DNA of 64,000 nucleotides, taken from assembly GCA_904063045.1 (NCBI GenBank), contig CAJFCJ010000012.1, positions 2,574,987-2,638,986 on the forward strand. Direction: 5' to 3'. The translations under genes and the position numbers were made by a program. The notes beneath the pieces are model-generated. The model was given only the letters and a program-made list of their open reading frames with translations, had not been told where the DNA came from and searched no databases. Source of the stretch: Dimorphilus gyrociliatus (lineage: Eukaryota > Animalia > Annelida). Positions 24,357-37,291 of this stretch are shown one piece after another (positions within the stretch are counted from its first letter, which is position 1; each line of letters begins with the position of its first letter).

Positions 24357-27300
24357 TGCTCACTCGCTCTTATGCTCCCTTAGTTTTTATACTCTTAACA
24401 TTTTAAGGTTTTTCTTAAAATACATCTAATTTGACTTTTGGCTTATTCACATCACAGTACTAACCTATTTACGAAAAGCAAATGTAATATTTTAAACGTC
24501 AAATAATAATTAGGAGAGATCGTAATTTCTTAGAACCCTATTTCAATTTTAGAATTTTTTTTAATATCCATTTATGTACAATATATGAATATATACAAGT
24601 AAAACTACGAATTGTTGATTTAGTTGATAATTGATATCTAATAGTTAGTTTTGTTGACAGCTTAGCTTAGTAGGGAGAAGAGGAGCGAAATAGCCTTTTT
24701 CCTTACCATTCTTTTACGCTTAAATCTTTGTTAAATAGTGCTTTTTAGGGGATCAATACACCAATTGCAGATTCCGGTACCATTAGTATACACTCATTTG
24801 TAAGGTGCTCGCCCCCCATTTATAATTCTTTCAACGCTAATCAAGTAAGATGAACGCTAGCCCTGATTGATAAATAGTCGAAACAATACACTCTTTCCCT
24901 TTCTCTGCATTACAGTAGATTGGTTCCCTAAAATAGGCCAACTGAGTATACAATATGTAAGTACATATACAGTCTATATACTGTATATATATAATTTCTT
25001 TTTGTTTTGTTCGCTAGTTCTCTCTCGTTGTCTGTCTATACAGACGGAGGGAGCAGACCCTCAGGCCAATGACTAAAACGAAGACATTGGTGTGCGGCAT
25101 GTCGTAGACGTTTTTTAGACGGTAATTAAGCGAGATGTGCGTAGTCTGAGTATTTTTTTTTCTTTCAAGAAATCGAATAAGCTGGAGATTATATGCAGTT
25201 GATTATTTATTTAATATTGGTATATATGTACAATATGCTTTTCGGATTGAAGAGACGCATTCATATATATATATTGTATATCATATCAATCTATTAAACA
25301 AGGTTGAAGAAAAACAAAACTTTCCTATTTAATTAATGATATTTAAAGTATCGTATTGTTAATTTTTTTCAAACTATTGAACGTATTGAGGACTAAAAAG
25401 CCTATACAGTAACTGTAAACTTTGACAAAGTATCGCGTACACGCAATCGATAACGCGTTAGTTAATAATTAGTATATGTAAACAATCTTTTGAACCTTAT
25501 ATACTTACACTTTGGTGCTTTTACTCTCCCCCTCCTTTTAATATAGAGTGTTTCGCATGGCCAATTCGCCAATGACTATTAAACGTTTGTTATCTATAGT
25601 TTATTATTTAAGCGGTGGGATACTATGTATATTTTTACTAGAGAGAAAAGACCAGCACGTAGCACTGTTCTCAAAGGCCAACATTAAATTTCCTACAGCT
25701 CCTTAATGTTGCACTAATTAGAATAATCAAACGGCCTGTTATATCGTCCGTCGCCTAATTTTGACGAGGTAGTAGTGCTGGAAAGGCCCAATGGGCCTCA
25801 GGCAACTATTCGATTAACAGAAAAGATAAAAATATCAAAAAGACAAAAAAAAAAATAAAAAAAAAGTCAATCTTGCTTTTCACATTAAATATTTTATATT
25901 ATAATTTTCTATTATACGATTAGAAAAAAAATTAGAACGTTTTATTTATTAATGAATGAATAAACGAATGCTGTTATATTGCTGTTGCAAAGGATATTTC
26001 AAGGTTAAAACGATAACGATTTAAAAAAGATTGGTCAGTTTTGTGAGGGGTTTTTGTTTTTTTAATACACATTTTATGAATTATAAACATGTATACATAT
26101 AGGTACACATATGTGTACAAACAAAAACAATACAATAACATTTGTATACTAAATGAATGAATAAAATGTTTTAAATATTTCTCCCTTTGAAGAATGATAT
26201 AAGCAGAAATTCGTAAACATTGCAGTCTCTAATCTAATCATTTTATCTGTACATCGATTCAATATTATAAACTTTGCAGATAAGACTTTTTACATATACT
26301 TATGTAAGCTTAAATATATATAATTCTATTCAATGAAAATCTCTATATTCTCTCTCTCTCATACAGATAGATATACAGTATCTACATTTTTTCCCATTTA
26401 GGCCTATGTATTAACCCTAAAAAAATTTGCTTAAATAGTCAGAATTTGCCCGTGTAATTTCCGTACATCTCATACAATACAATACAATTATATATTCTAT
26501 TTATAAACATATATATATATATATAAAACAACATTTTAAAAACAAATTATTATTTTTATCACTTGCAAATTAATGACTCAGCTAAAAAGAATTTAAGTGT
26601 TATAACTGATTGATTATTAATGAATAAATTTAACAATTATATTCTTTTATCCTTCTTTCTCTCTCTCTTTCTTTCTTTATTATTCAAATTATAACTTTAT
26701 TATTCCCATTCAATAATTTTTGCCCTTTTTTTTTGCCTCTTTCCAGAATATGCAGTATGAACGTCACAAGATTAGTTGTTAAAAAACCGCCAGAAGCCGA
26801 CCTCTCTTCCGTTATAGTTGCTGTAAAGATTCAGGTGAGTGGAAATTTTATGAATAATGATTAAAGAATAAAATAAAAAGAAAGAAAAGTGTTCGTTAAA
26901 GATTTTTATTCGAAATATTTGAAAAAATAAAAGTGAAAACGTCTGGAAACAGGTGCAAAAGTTTTTGTAATTATCGTGCCATATGCTTTCCAATAGTTTG
27001 TACCATTTTATCTAGATCCTCTCTTTCCATCTGGTTTTATACTGGGTTAGTTGTGTAGTTGAAAAGTTCCTCTGCAATTTGTATGCCTAATTAAAGATAA
27101 TAAGACGACCTTTTTATCTGGCTTTGCCAATTATTCATAATACAACTTATGGCTTTGAAAGCTTTAGTTGTTTTTTTATTATAAAAGGTCATTTAGATAG
27201 CTTTAACTTTATCATCCCCTTTTGATCTCTCTTTCTTCTATTCGTCCTGCCCCTTCCTATATTCCCCCCTCCCATCCTTCTTCCTCTTTGCCTATTTATC

Positions 27301-29094
27301 GGTCTTTCACCCCTCACAATTTCTCTTTCTATTTTCCCGCTCGTTTTCTCTCCACGCCTACCAATATATCTCTTGCTCAAAGCTGAAGAGTATTTTTGTT
27401 TACATTTTTCGTTTTTTGGCATTTGTTATAGATCCTGCCCACCTGGAATAGCAAGTCAGAAACAGTAGGAGAGAATAAAGTACAATACGTAAAAACATTC
27501 TAACTAAAGGCTATAATATAATTATTCCTATTAATTGTATTATTTTGCTAAGGACACTATTCAGTTATGAGCGAAATTCCTCTCTTTCGATAAATCTTTT
27601 CTTTCTTTTCTATGTTTTGAATAATTTCTTCCAAACAACTGAATATATTGGAAAACGGCGTAAACATTACTGTGTGTACTGTCTTTATTACTAACAATAG
27701 ATTATTAAAGGAGAAGCTATTTTTATTTTCAATACGTTTAGCTTAAACCTTTCTAATTGAATCGTGCTAAAAGGCAGTATTAAGACGAAATAGAAGAGAG
27801 AAGGAAATATGCACAACGTACTATATAGAGTATATGCTATATTTCATATCAACACTCGACTAATAGTAGTTAAACCACATAAATGTATAATTACATCCAT
27901 TTTCCTATTATCCCTTATTTATTTCTTTTACAAATATTGATTAACGTTTTCGTTGGAATGAAAATGACAGTAAAATAATATAAAAAAGAAAAACAAGAAA
28001 ATAAAACAGTAAAATTCTGCTAAATTAGTTTGTCTTCTTATCTTTGATGGTAGTACAACCAGTCGTCATGTTTACTTTGCCAAGAAAGAAATAGAAATAA
28101 GTGATCAGTTTTCTCTATCAATGTTTTTTTTTTCTCTCTTTTCATTTCTCTTCTATCTTTCATTCATTCATTCATTCTTTATCTATCTATCTCTTTCTCC
28201 TCGGTCTTCCCCTCCAGTCTTCCATTTTCTCTGTTTCTCACCCTTTCTCTTTTACCCTTTCTTTTATTCTGAGCGCTCAATCTAATATATTGTACAAGAT
28301 AATTTCTTTTATCCAATCGAGCGTTGTCGAAAGGAATTTGTCTTTTAATAATTTCTCCACTTAACTTAACGCCACAAATCAGACGGAACTGACCACTAAG
28401 AATCACCGAAGGGGTGGGAAGTCTGCCGCCGGGTTTTGAGAAGTTGCTAATTTCAAATATTATGTTTTTGTCTTTTAGTGTTTACTCTCGTTGATAATTG
28501 AACAGATTTACGTTGATGAGATATTGATAGATGTCTTTTGCATAAAAAAAAACAAACAAAAGTTAACGATTCGTTGTCATTTCAGGATTACAAGAGAGCT
28601 TTAAGATCTGAAGAGATTCCGTTAGGCCCAGGAGGAGTGGTCGATACAGAAATCGAACTTGGTTGCTCACTTCAGGTATTACCTAGAGGAGAAAATACAA
28701 CTTCCCAGAATTCAATTCATTTGGGAATTATCATTGAAGGCTTTTTATTTTTTTTCCCTTTCCCGCTTAAAACCAAAATCTATAGTCTCTCGCTCTCTCT
28801 CTCTCTCCCTCTCTTTTTAAGTATTCCCTTTCTTTTACCCTTCGCCATCATCAAAATCTTTCATCCTCTCAGTTTCTCAGTTATTTTTTACCTTTTAAGA
28901 GGTTTTCCTCAAAAAGAATTAGAAGAGTAAAACTAAAAGAGCATTTAATTTATTCCAAGGTCATTGATGTATGTCAAAGCCGTAAGAACAACTAGAAAAC
29001 GTTACAAGTTGACCTTGATTGGTGATATAGTAATATAAAAAAATATATATGTAGTCTTAATTATTGCTACGATAGTGTCGTGTTTATAAAAAGG

Positions 29095-29141
<47 letters not shown>

Positions 29142-32100
29142 TTATATAAATGCTACGGAAGAAGCTACGCGTGGCATTTGTTCTTATTGTCTAACGCCGT
29201 GAGAAATATCGATCTTTTGCCTCGGCGCTAGTACTAACTATAAAACGTGATGCTTTGCATTGGGATTTAAAAGAAACCTTTAAAATCATTCTCATTTGAT
29301 TTGGCACCCTTTAAATAGTTTATTTATACTTTATATAAGAAAGAAGGCAAAAAGGAAAAAAACAAGAGCGAAAGTCTCTGCTTCGTGAATGGACGCTTTT
29401 CTAGGTTTCATCTTTCCCAACGTGTCAAGGTTATCTAAGAATTAGTAGGAAAAAGATGAAAATGTTTACCTAAACCACCTTTACAAATAAAAATACCAGC
29501 GGTTTTCTTGCAGCTAAACTAGCCAACTAAATAAATAAAATAGAACGCTTTTAATCAATTTTTACTTGGTTAAGAGTAAAAAAGTGAGAAAATTAAATCT
29601 GTGCAATTAATAATTAAAATTTAAAGTTGAAGAGCGAATCTAAAAACAATCTTTGTTTCTGTCTGTCTGTCTGTCTCTCTCTCTCTCGCTCTCTCGCTCT
29701 TTAGGCTATTTTTATAATCCGCTGCTTCATCATACCTCCTTGAAAACAAACAAAAAAAAGACAATAAGAATTTTTCTCAATAGAAGATATAATTTATGTC
29801 CTTGTTTTAGATCAGAGAGGCCGATAGGCTATTAGTTGTTTTTAAAAGGTTGAAATACTCTATTGGTACCCAAAAAATAACAGGTAAAGGAAACGAAAGT
29901 GTTGTTACACGGTTTCACATTTCTGTGAACAAACATAAAAAAGGTTGAAGGAAAAAAGATAAAAAACACTTTTTTCTTACTACTTAAAGATGCTAGATAT
30001 TTCTTCTTTTTATTAAAACGCTTCCTTTGCCTAACTCTTTTTTTTACGTTTGTAAATTAGTTAAATACTCCATGCCATTCTTTTCTTCACACATACACAC
30101 ACATACACGCACACTCTCTCTCTCTCTCTTTCTATCTCTTTTGAAAACACCTTTTTCACTTTCTCCATCTTCTCCTTCTTCTTTTTTCTCATTAATTTCC
30201 CTTTTTCTCTCTTTTTAAACAGTATCCTCATCATATCAAACCGAATAATTCCCACGCCAACAAACTAGTTGTTATGCTGCAACGTCGAAAACGCTACCGA
30301 AATCGTACTATTCTAGGATACAAGACATTAGCAAGAGGAGAAGTGAATCTTACACAAGTACTACAAAAAAGTCAAGACAGACAGTTAGAATTATATAATG
30401 CTAATAAAGAATCGTGCCGTAATTCCGTTGGCTTTATTGTCGTTCAAAATTTGACTACACTGCCAGTGAATGAGGAACAAAACGGTGGGGCTAGTCGCGC
30501 TAAGGAGCGAGTATTTTTCTCCCAAAATTCCGAAGCGGAACGTTCTCCTGAGGGGGAACTCTCCGAAGACGATCTCGAAGATGACTCCTACGAAGAAGAC
30601 TTAACCGAAGACGAAGATAGGTTGGATAGAATACCTAGAGTGCCTCGAAGGAGGAAGATGCCAACAAGATTCCGCCACAGTAATATTAAAGAGAAGCTAA
30701 GGGCGTTCTTAAAGAATTTTAAAAGGGGTAACTATCTTTTTTATTTGCTTCTAAAAATTCTAGTTCTTCTCTGGAGCTATTTTCCCCCTGCCACGTCTCT
30801 CTACTTAATGAGGGAGTCGGCAAATGCATTCAAATTAAAAGGAATATATTGATAAAAAAAAAAAACAGCAAAGACTTCTTTCCATTACATTCTTCAATGG
30901 CATATATTTGTACAAATATCTAGTATTGTATTGTATTATATATTGTATTTTGTTGTATATTGTATTATTCTAGTATCAAGTCCTATTTTGGTATCAAATA
31001 GCTTGTTATTTTCTGTTTGGGAAAATCAATTCAAATTTAGCAAGGCCCCTAAATAGCCCAACAGCTTTTTGTCATAGCATCATGCTAAAAACTAAAAAAC
31101 CAAAAAAAAAAGCCCATGGGTGGTGAAAGGCTGATGGTTTAAGGCTTTATCTCCTCTAGCAGGAATACTGGCCCCGGGAGATCCTAAAAGGGCTCTATAA
31201 ATACAAAGCAGTATGCCGATATTCGGTAAAGAAAAAGAATATTTCAATCCCCCCAACCCCAATCTCAGACGTTAAATCTGTAAAAATGCATTTTAATGGT
31301 ATAGTTGACCAATTTTTTAATGAAGGAGAATGGAAGAAATGCAAACAAAGTGAAAGAGAGGCCTCTCCCAAAGAAAAGCAGAGTACATTGTGTATGTGTA
31401 ATATATTTAGACTAAGGAATATTTAAGTTGGGACCAAATTGAAGATGAATGTTATTGTTAAGCACAGTATTAGCTAGCCGGCGGATCATTGAAATTTTAT
31501 TATTAAAGGTTGAGTAGTCGAATAAATTTGGGAAGGAGACGAGAAGAGAACAAAAGAAGATATATACAGTATATATAATACAATATATACGATTGATAAA
31601 GAAAATCTTGACGAGAAAGGAATATCTCTCTCACCTAACTCTTTGTCTTTGTACTTTGAACTCTAATAGAGAAATTGATTAAAAAAAAACAGTTTGTTTT
31701 CTTTTTTGAAAAGGAAGAATTAGTAAATTTTTGATTGTTGATGAATTTACCGCCTCAACAAATCTGAATGTCAAGTGATGTTTGTAAAGGCGAGGGAGAT
31801 GAGGAGAAGCTCAGAATAAACTCGACTCATTTTGTAATATTGTAACAAAATTGGTTTGGAAAATTTACAAGAGAAATTTACGACTTGTTGCTTTTTCTCT
31901 TTTTCTTTCTTGTTTGTCTAACAACATTTTATCTCTTTTTTTCATTCTCTCTCTCTCTCTTTATAGTCTTTGTCTATTAATCCTATGATAGCAAGCAAGG
32001 CAATTAGTTTACACATGCCCAAGTTATGACTGATTGCAGAAGACTGTAATGTATCAATGAGATTAACGACGTTTGTCTGAAAAGTTGGCAGAAGGTTACT

Positions 32101-34325
32101 GACCCAGTCTTAGTTTCTAGGCGTCATCAGCTTGACGCATTAAAGTGAATTTTATATCCATTTAAAAAGAAATTGATTTAAGACCCGCATTTAATCTAAA
32201 TTTTGTCAAATGTGACACTACCGCCTTGACCTGGTAGACAGAGGGAGAAAGTGCGTGAATGCGTGTGTGGGTGTGAGATGGGAAAAGGGGGAGGAAGAGG
32301 AAAAAAATCTGACCTAAATTAGGCTCTGGCCTTCGATGACTTAGAGGTAGTCATTAGGCCAGGGGGAATCCATTATCGCCCCAATGATTACTGTACAAAC
32401 TAATAAAAATAACCAGACATCCGTATAACTATTATCTTAAGAAAACTGGCTTTTTTCAACGCTTCCAGGAAATTGTTCATAGGAAAATTTGTTGCAAACC
32501 GATAAAATGCAACCGTCACCCATCTGACGTCGGTTCGTAAGAATCCTTAATAAACGTAAGGAGCACTTGGGATCTTCCAAATAGCTTTGACCTTGGCTTA
32601 GACTTTTCGCTAAAAAAATCTATGCCTTTTTAATATTCCCTAAGGTTAAGCCGACAAAATCCAATGTTCATCAAGCATGGAATGATAAATATTAAATAAT
32701 TTTCTTCACCTATTTTTCTTCAGGTGACGACGCTCTAGAAATTGATCCGGACGAAGAGAACCAGAGAGAATTGGAGGAATTGATTGACGAATTGGATGAT
32801 GAATTGAGCGATTCGCCAGCTGAACAAGATAATATATCAGTGGTATCGACTCCTAAGCCAAAATTGAAGCCATTTTTTGCGTCAAAGACTTCAAAAGCGG
32901 AAGACTTTAGCGATGATAGCGGAAAGAAGAATGATTCGGATGGAGGTCACTTGGTAAGTCTTTTTACCATTCTTTTAATTGTGGCCTTTCTTTTATATAT
33001 GTATATAGAGTATATATATATAAAAGAAAACCATATAAATATAATAATAATAAAAAACAACTTGGTTGCTGTAAATCCCCCAATTGTTATACTGCTGTGG
33101 CTAAGCTAAGGTATCGTTTTAGATAAGATTTACCCATAGACTAATTAGGAATCCTATATCGCAACAATATTAATATTAATATATTAATTAATTAATTAAT
33201 TAATTAATATTTTTAATAAAAACAACCTAAATGAAATAAACAAAAACAAAATGGCAAATACGATGGATATAGTGTTACGTAACACTTTTTTCTTTTTCTT
33301 TATTATCTTTTTTTCTTTCTTTCTTTCTTTTCTTTCGCTGAGAAATAACAAAACATCTAAAATAATTAAAAATTGTTTGTTGTTTGTCAATATTCAATTT
33401 CTAACTACAATCCTCATCCTCATCCTCTCTTCCTTAATCAGAAAATTCTTAAGAAAAGAGCTCTTTTTACATTTTTTTTTGAAATATTAAAACAAAAACA
33501 AGTAAATGAAATGGGAAAGGAAAACAAATTTTTTCTTATATTGATTTTAACAGATCGTTAAACTTCGAAATAAAAAAGAGGTAAGAGAAAGCAAAAGCAT
33601 AATAATACGAATAATAAGAAATTGTTTTAAAGATTGCTATGCAAATGATCTCTATTTATTTTAGAAGTAATTAGGAAATTATTAATTAGTAGAGGAGCAT
33701 CTTATGCTTTTTTTTTTTCTTTTTACTTTTAATACTAAAACAAGATTATTGCTCTAGTTTGTTATTCTTGCTGTATTATATTCAACACATCAATAGTTTT
33801 TTCTTATTAAAATGAATTTATAAAAGAAGGAAGAAGTGGAAAATATTTCAAAAATATTACTAATATTGATTGTTACAACTTATTTTTGTCTCTCTTTATT
33901 CTTTTATCACTTCATTTAAAAGGGTAAAGCTTTCTGACTTTGATAAATATTTATTAGCTCACTTTATATTTAGTATAATATCAAGTTTATAGAATTATCA
34001 AGATTTTGCCCCTAAGTATAGTTATATATCTATATATATATATATGATCTTATGCTCATTATCCTATTGCATTTCCTTACTATACTTACCATTAATTATT
34101 TTTTGTTTTAACTTTGATACTGATGAGCCTATATATTGCTTTGATAAACAACCTTATTTATATACATATATACTGTATATGAATTAATATTGTATTTCTT
34201 ATTTTAACCTTATTACGTTACATATTATGTTTTTTTTTATATACAAAGAAAAACATGAATGCACTGGGTAAATTTTTACCAAAAGAAAAAAACTATGAAA
34301 AAGTAACACTATCTCTTTTTCTCTT

Positions 34326-34371
<46 letters not shown>

Positions 34372-34883
34372 GTAAATTTTTGCCTACAAAAATATAGTCA
34401 AAACAAAAATTTTAACTTTAACGAACCATAATTATTATAATAATTATCGCAAAAAGAACAATAAAAGGATTCCTTAATTACTGATGCATGACCTATTATT
34501 TTGCATGTCACTCTTGCAGACCGATCACGGAGAGGAAGTTAAGAAGGAGGAAGTGAAAAAAAATAGATCTTCTTCAATTACTGCAGAATCCTTTATGAAA
34601 AAATTTACGAAAAGCCACGGACAGAGTCATCAGGATGTTGTTGACAAGTCTAGTGAACCGACTGAGGTAGCCGGATGTTTGTTTTTTTTTGTTTGTTTTT
34701 TGTATTTTCTTACCGTAATTGTTGCTACTCGTTTTCGGTTTATACGGTCCGTACAAACAACATCGTATAAATTCTTAACCCCGCCAACTACGTATTTTAA
34801 AAGAATAGATAAATAGATGAATAGATAGAGAGATAGATAATAGTAAAAGAAGGCATAGAAAAGAGAGAAGGAGGGGGCAGGGA

Positions 34884-34921
<38 letters not shown>

Positions 34922-36424
34922 ACAGATAATTCTTTTTCTCTCTCTTTTCACTTAAACTTTACCTCCCTCTTTCTCTTGGCTGCTTCTCTTCCCTTTTATT
35001 AACGAGACTAATGCAGATAAGACTGTTGAAAAACGAACAAGAGAAAAAATCACAAACGTCTAAACCAATCTCTACACAGCCTTCAACTGATTTATTAGCC
35101 ATACATTTTAACGTTAAATGAATTAATTTCTATAGTATGAAAGACCTAAAAACAAGAAAAGGCGCGAATTATTGAATAATTTTATAAACGAATAGATAAT
35201 GGATTCTTTTTTGGCTTTTGAAGTAAAGTTTGTCGTTTCCCTCTAGTCCCATTCCATCCTTCTATTGCCCGGCTACTGCTTTAATAAAAAAGAGGAAGGG
35301 AGGCAATTAAGAACCATCAGTTCTGTCGTTTTTTTTTATTTAACGGCCTTAAAAGGGAAAAAAGAGAATGATAAACGTTCGAGTAGAAAGATGAGGCTCT
35401 TTTTCATTAATCCTATAATTCACGATTACCGAAATATGACGTTAGATAGATAGACTAGCCAGACAGGGAAGGAGGGATGGAGGAGTAAATGATTGAAAGA
35501 AGGAATGTGTGTGTTTGTGTTTGTGTGTGTGTGTGTGTGTTTTTCTTTATTAATGTAGCTTTACTGGCTTTACTAGATTAGAAAATGACAAAATGGGTAA
35601 TAACAACCAATAACATTTTGTTATTTTATAATACCAAGTACCAAAATAAGAAGGATGATAATGATAATAATCGTCGTATATAACTAGAATGAAAAGGTTC
35701 TATAAAAAGGTAGCATTCTAATAGTAAAGAGAAAAGAATAGAAAAGGAAAATATTGAAACAACATTGAAAATATGAAGGAAAAGATGAAAGAGAATTTAT
35801 GATAGTCTCGGTTAATGAGGTTTTAATCAAATCAATCATTTTTTTAAGCTTTGCGAAAGTAGATTAAATCCTCTTCCTTCTTTTTTTCTTTTTTTTCTTC
35901 AAAATGTCAATTATAATGGAGAATAAGAAAAAGTAAAAGGCGTCATCAGCGTCAGACGCTCGAAAATCGTCGATTAATCAATTTTTTCTCCTTGAATGAA
36001 AAGAGAATAAATTGATTATATTAAAGAAAGTCAGAAACAGTTGTAATACAAATGTGCATTATGTATTATATAAGAAATAACTATAATTCTTTCATTGAAA
36101 AGCCTAGTTTTAACTAACGGATTGTGATTTTTTTTCAACATTTCATTCATTAACAGCCTCGTAAAGCGTTCATGGAGCAATTAAACGCTGTTCTCGGAAG
36201 TGAAGATAACTTACCTTCCTGCGTTCTCTTAGTTAATACTTCGGAAGGTCAAGGCCAAAAATTATCGAAATTATTATCAACGAACGCGGCGTTCAAGCTA
36301 ATCTGCACTCATTGTCAAGCGGAAGTTAAAGCAACATTGGCATCTATCGTAAATAGGATACAAAAATTGTAAGTATACATATATAGATAAAGCATTATAT
36401 TTATATATTATATTTATTATATAG

Positions 36425-36466
<42 letters not shown>

Positions 36467-36764
36467 TATTTATTTTATACTCTTTTCATTCATCTATCTC
36501 TCCATCCATCCATCTTTTTTTTTTTCAAATCCTTTAAAATGATATTTAACAATTCCATAAGACCTTGAAAAAAGAATGTATCCAAACAAACTTAATGGAC
36601 TAAGCGAATCACTTAGCAAACTACTAATAAAGACTTGAAAAATAAATAAATAAACGCTTTTCCACTAATACCTGGGCCAACAGCAGCTTGAAGCGTCTAT
36701 CTCTTTTGTTTTGCCTTTCTTTTTATCCTACCCTTTTTCAATTTCTCACTTTTCTCTCTCTCTC

Positions 36765-36795
<31 letters not shown>

Positions 36796-37246
36796 CCCCT
36801 TTTGTTTCTGAAAGAGTGAAAAGAATACTGATAATATTGTCAATTTGTTAAGTGAAGAAGGAGGAAGCAATATTATAGATGAAATTGTTTGAGTGATATA
36901 GTAGTAAAGGGTAAAGAAAGTAGAGATTTTCCCATAATAGTAGGTGTCTAAGCACAAAGATCCCTTTGCACTTTTCTCAACAGAAGAGCTGGCTTTTCAC
37001 TTGATAGAAGTATAAAATCAAAGACAACTGCCCATAGACAATATATATATAACTAGATGTACGAATATAATTGTACAGTTAATACAGTTGTTGAACAGTT
37101 TTCGTTCTACATTGTAAACATATCTTTATAGTATTATCTTGAATTTCCTTTTTTCCCATTTATCCGTATTTTTTCTTTGCCTTTCTTTTCAATTTCTCCT
37201 TTGAATTGTCGATCCTATGGACGAGAGGTTTTTCTTAATGTAATAC

Positions 37247-37291
<45 letters not shown>

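Noticed and set aside
28179-28446. Open minus-strand frame (NFSKPGGRLPTPSVILSGQFRLICG...) suggesting a gene nested in PACS intron 2
   Set aside because: The acceptor is weak, no family is recognisable, and splicing to candidate exons at about 27361-27443 stops within about 15 codons.
34120-34150. CTGATGAG as a possible hammerhead ribozyme core
   Set aside because: No stem II followed by GAAA and no flanking helices.
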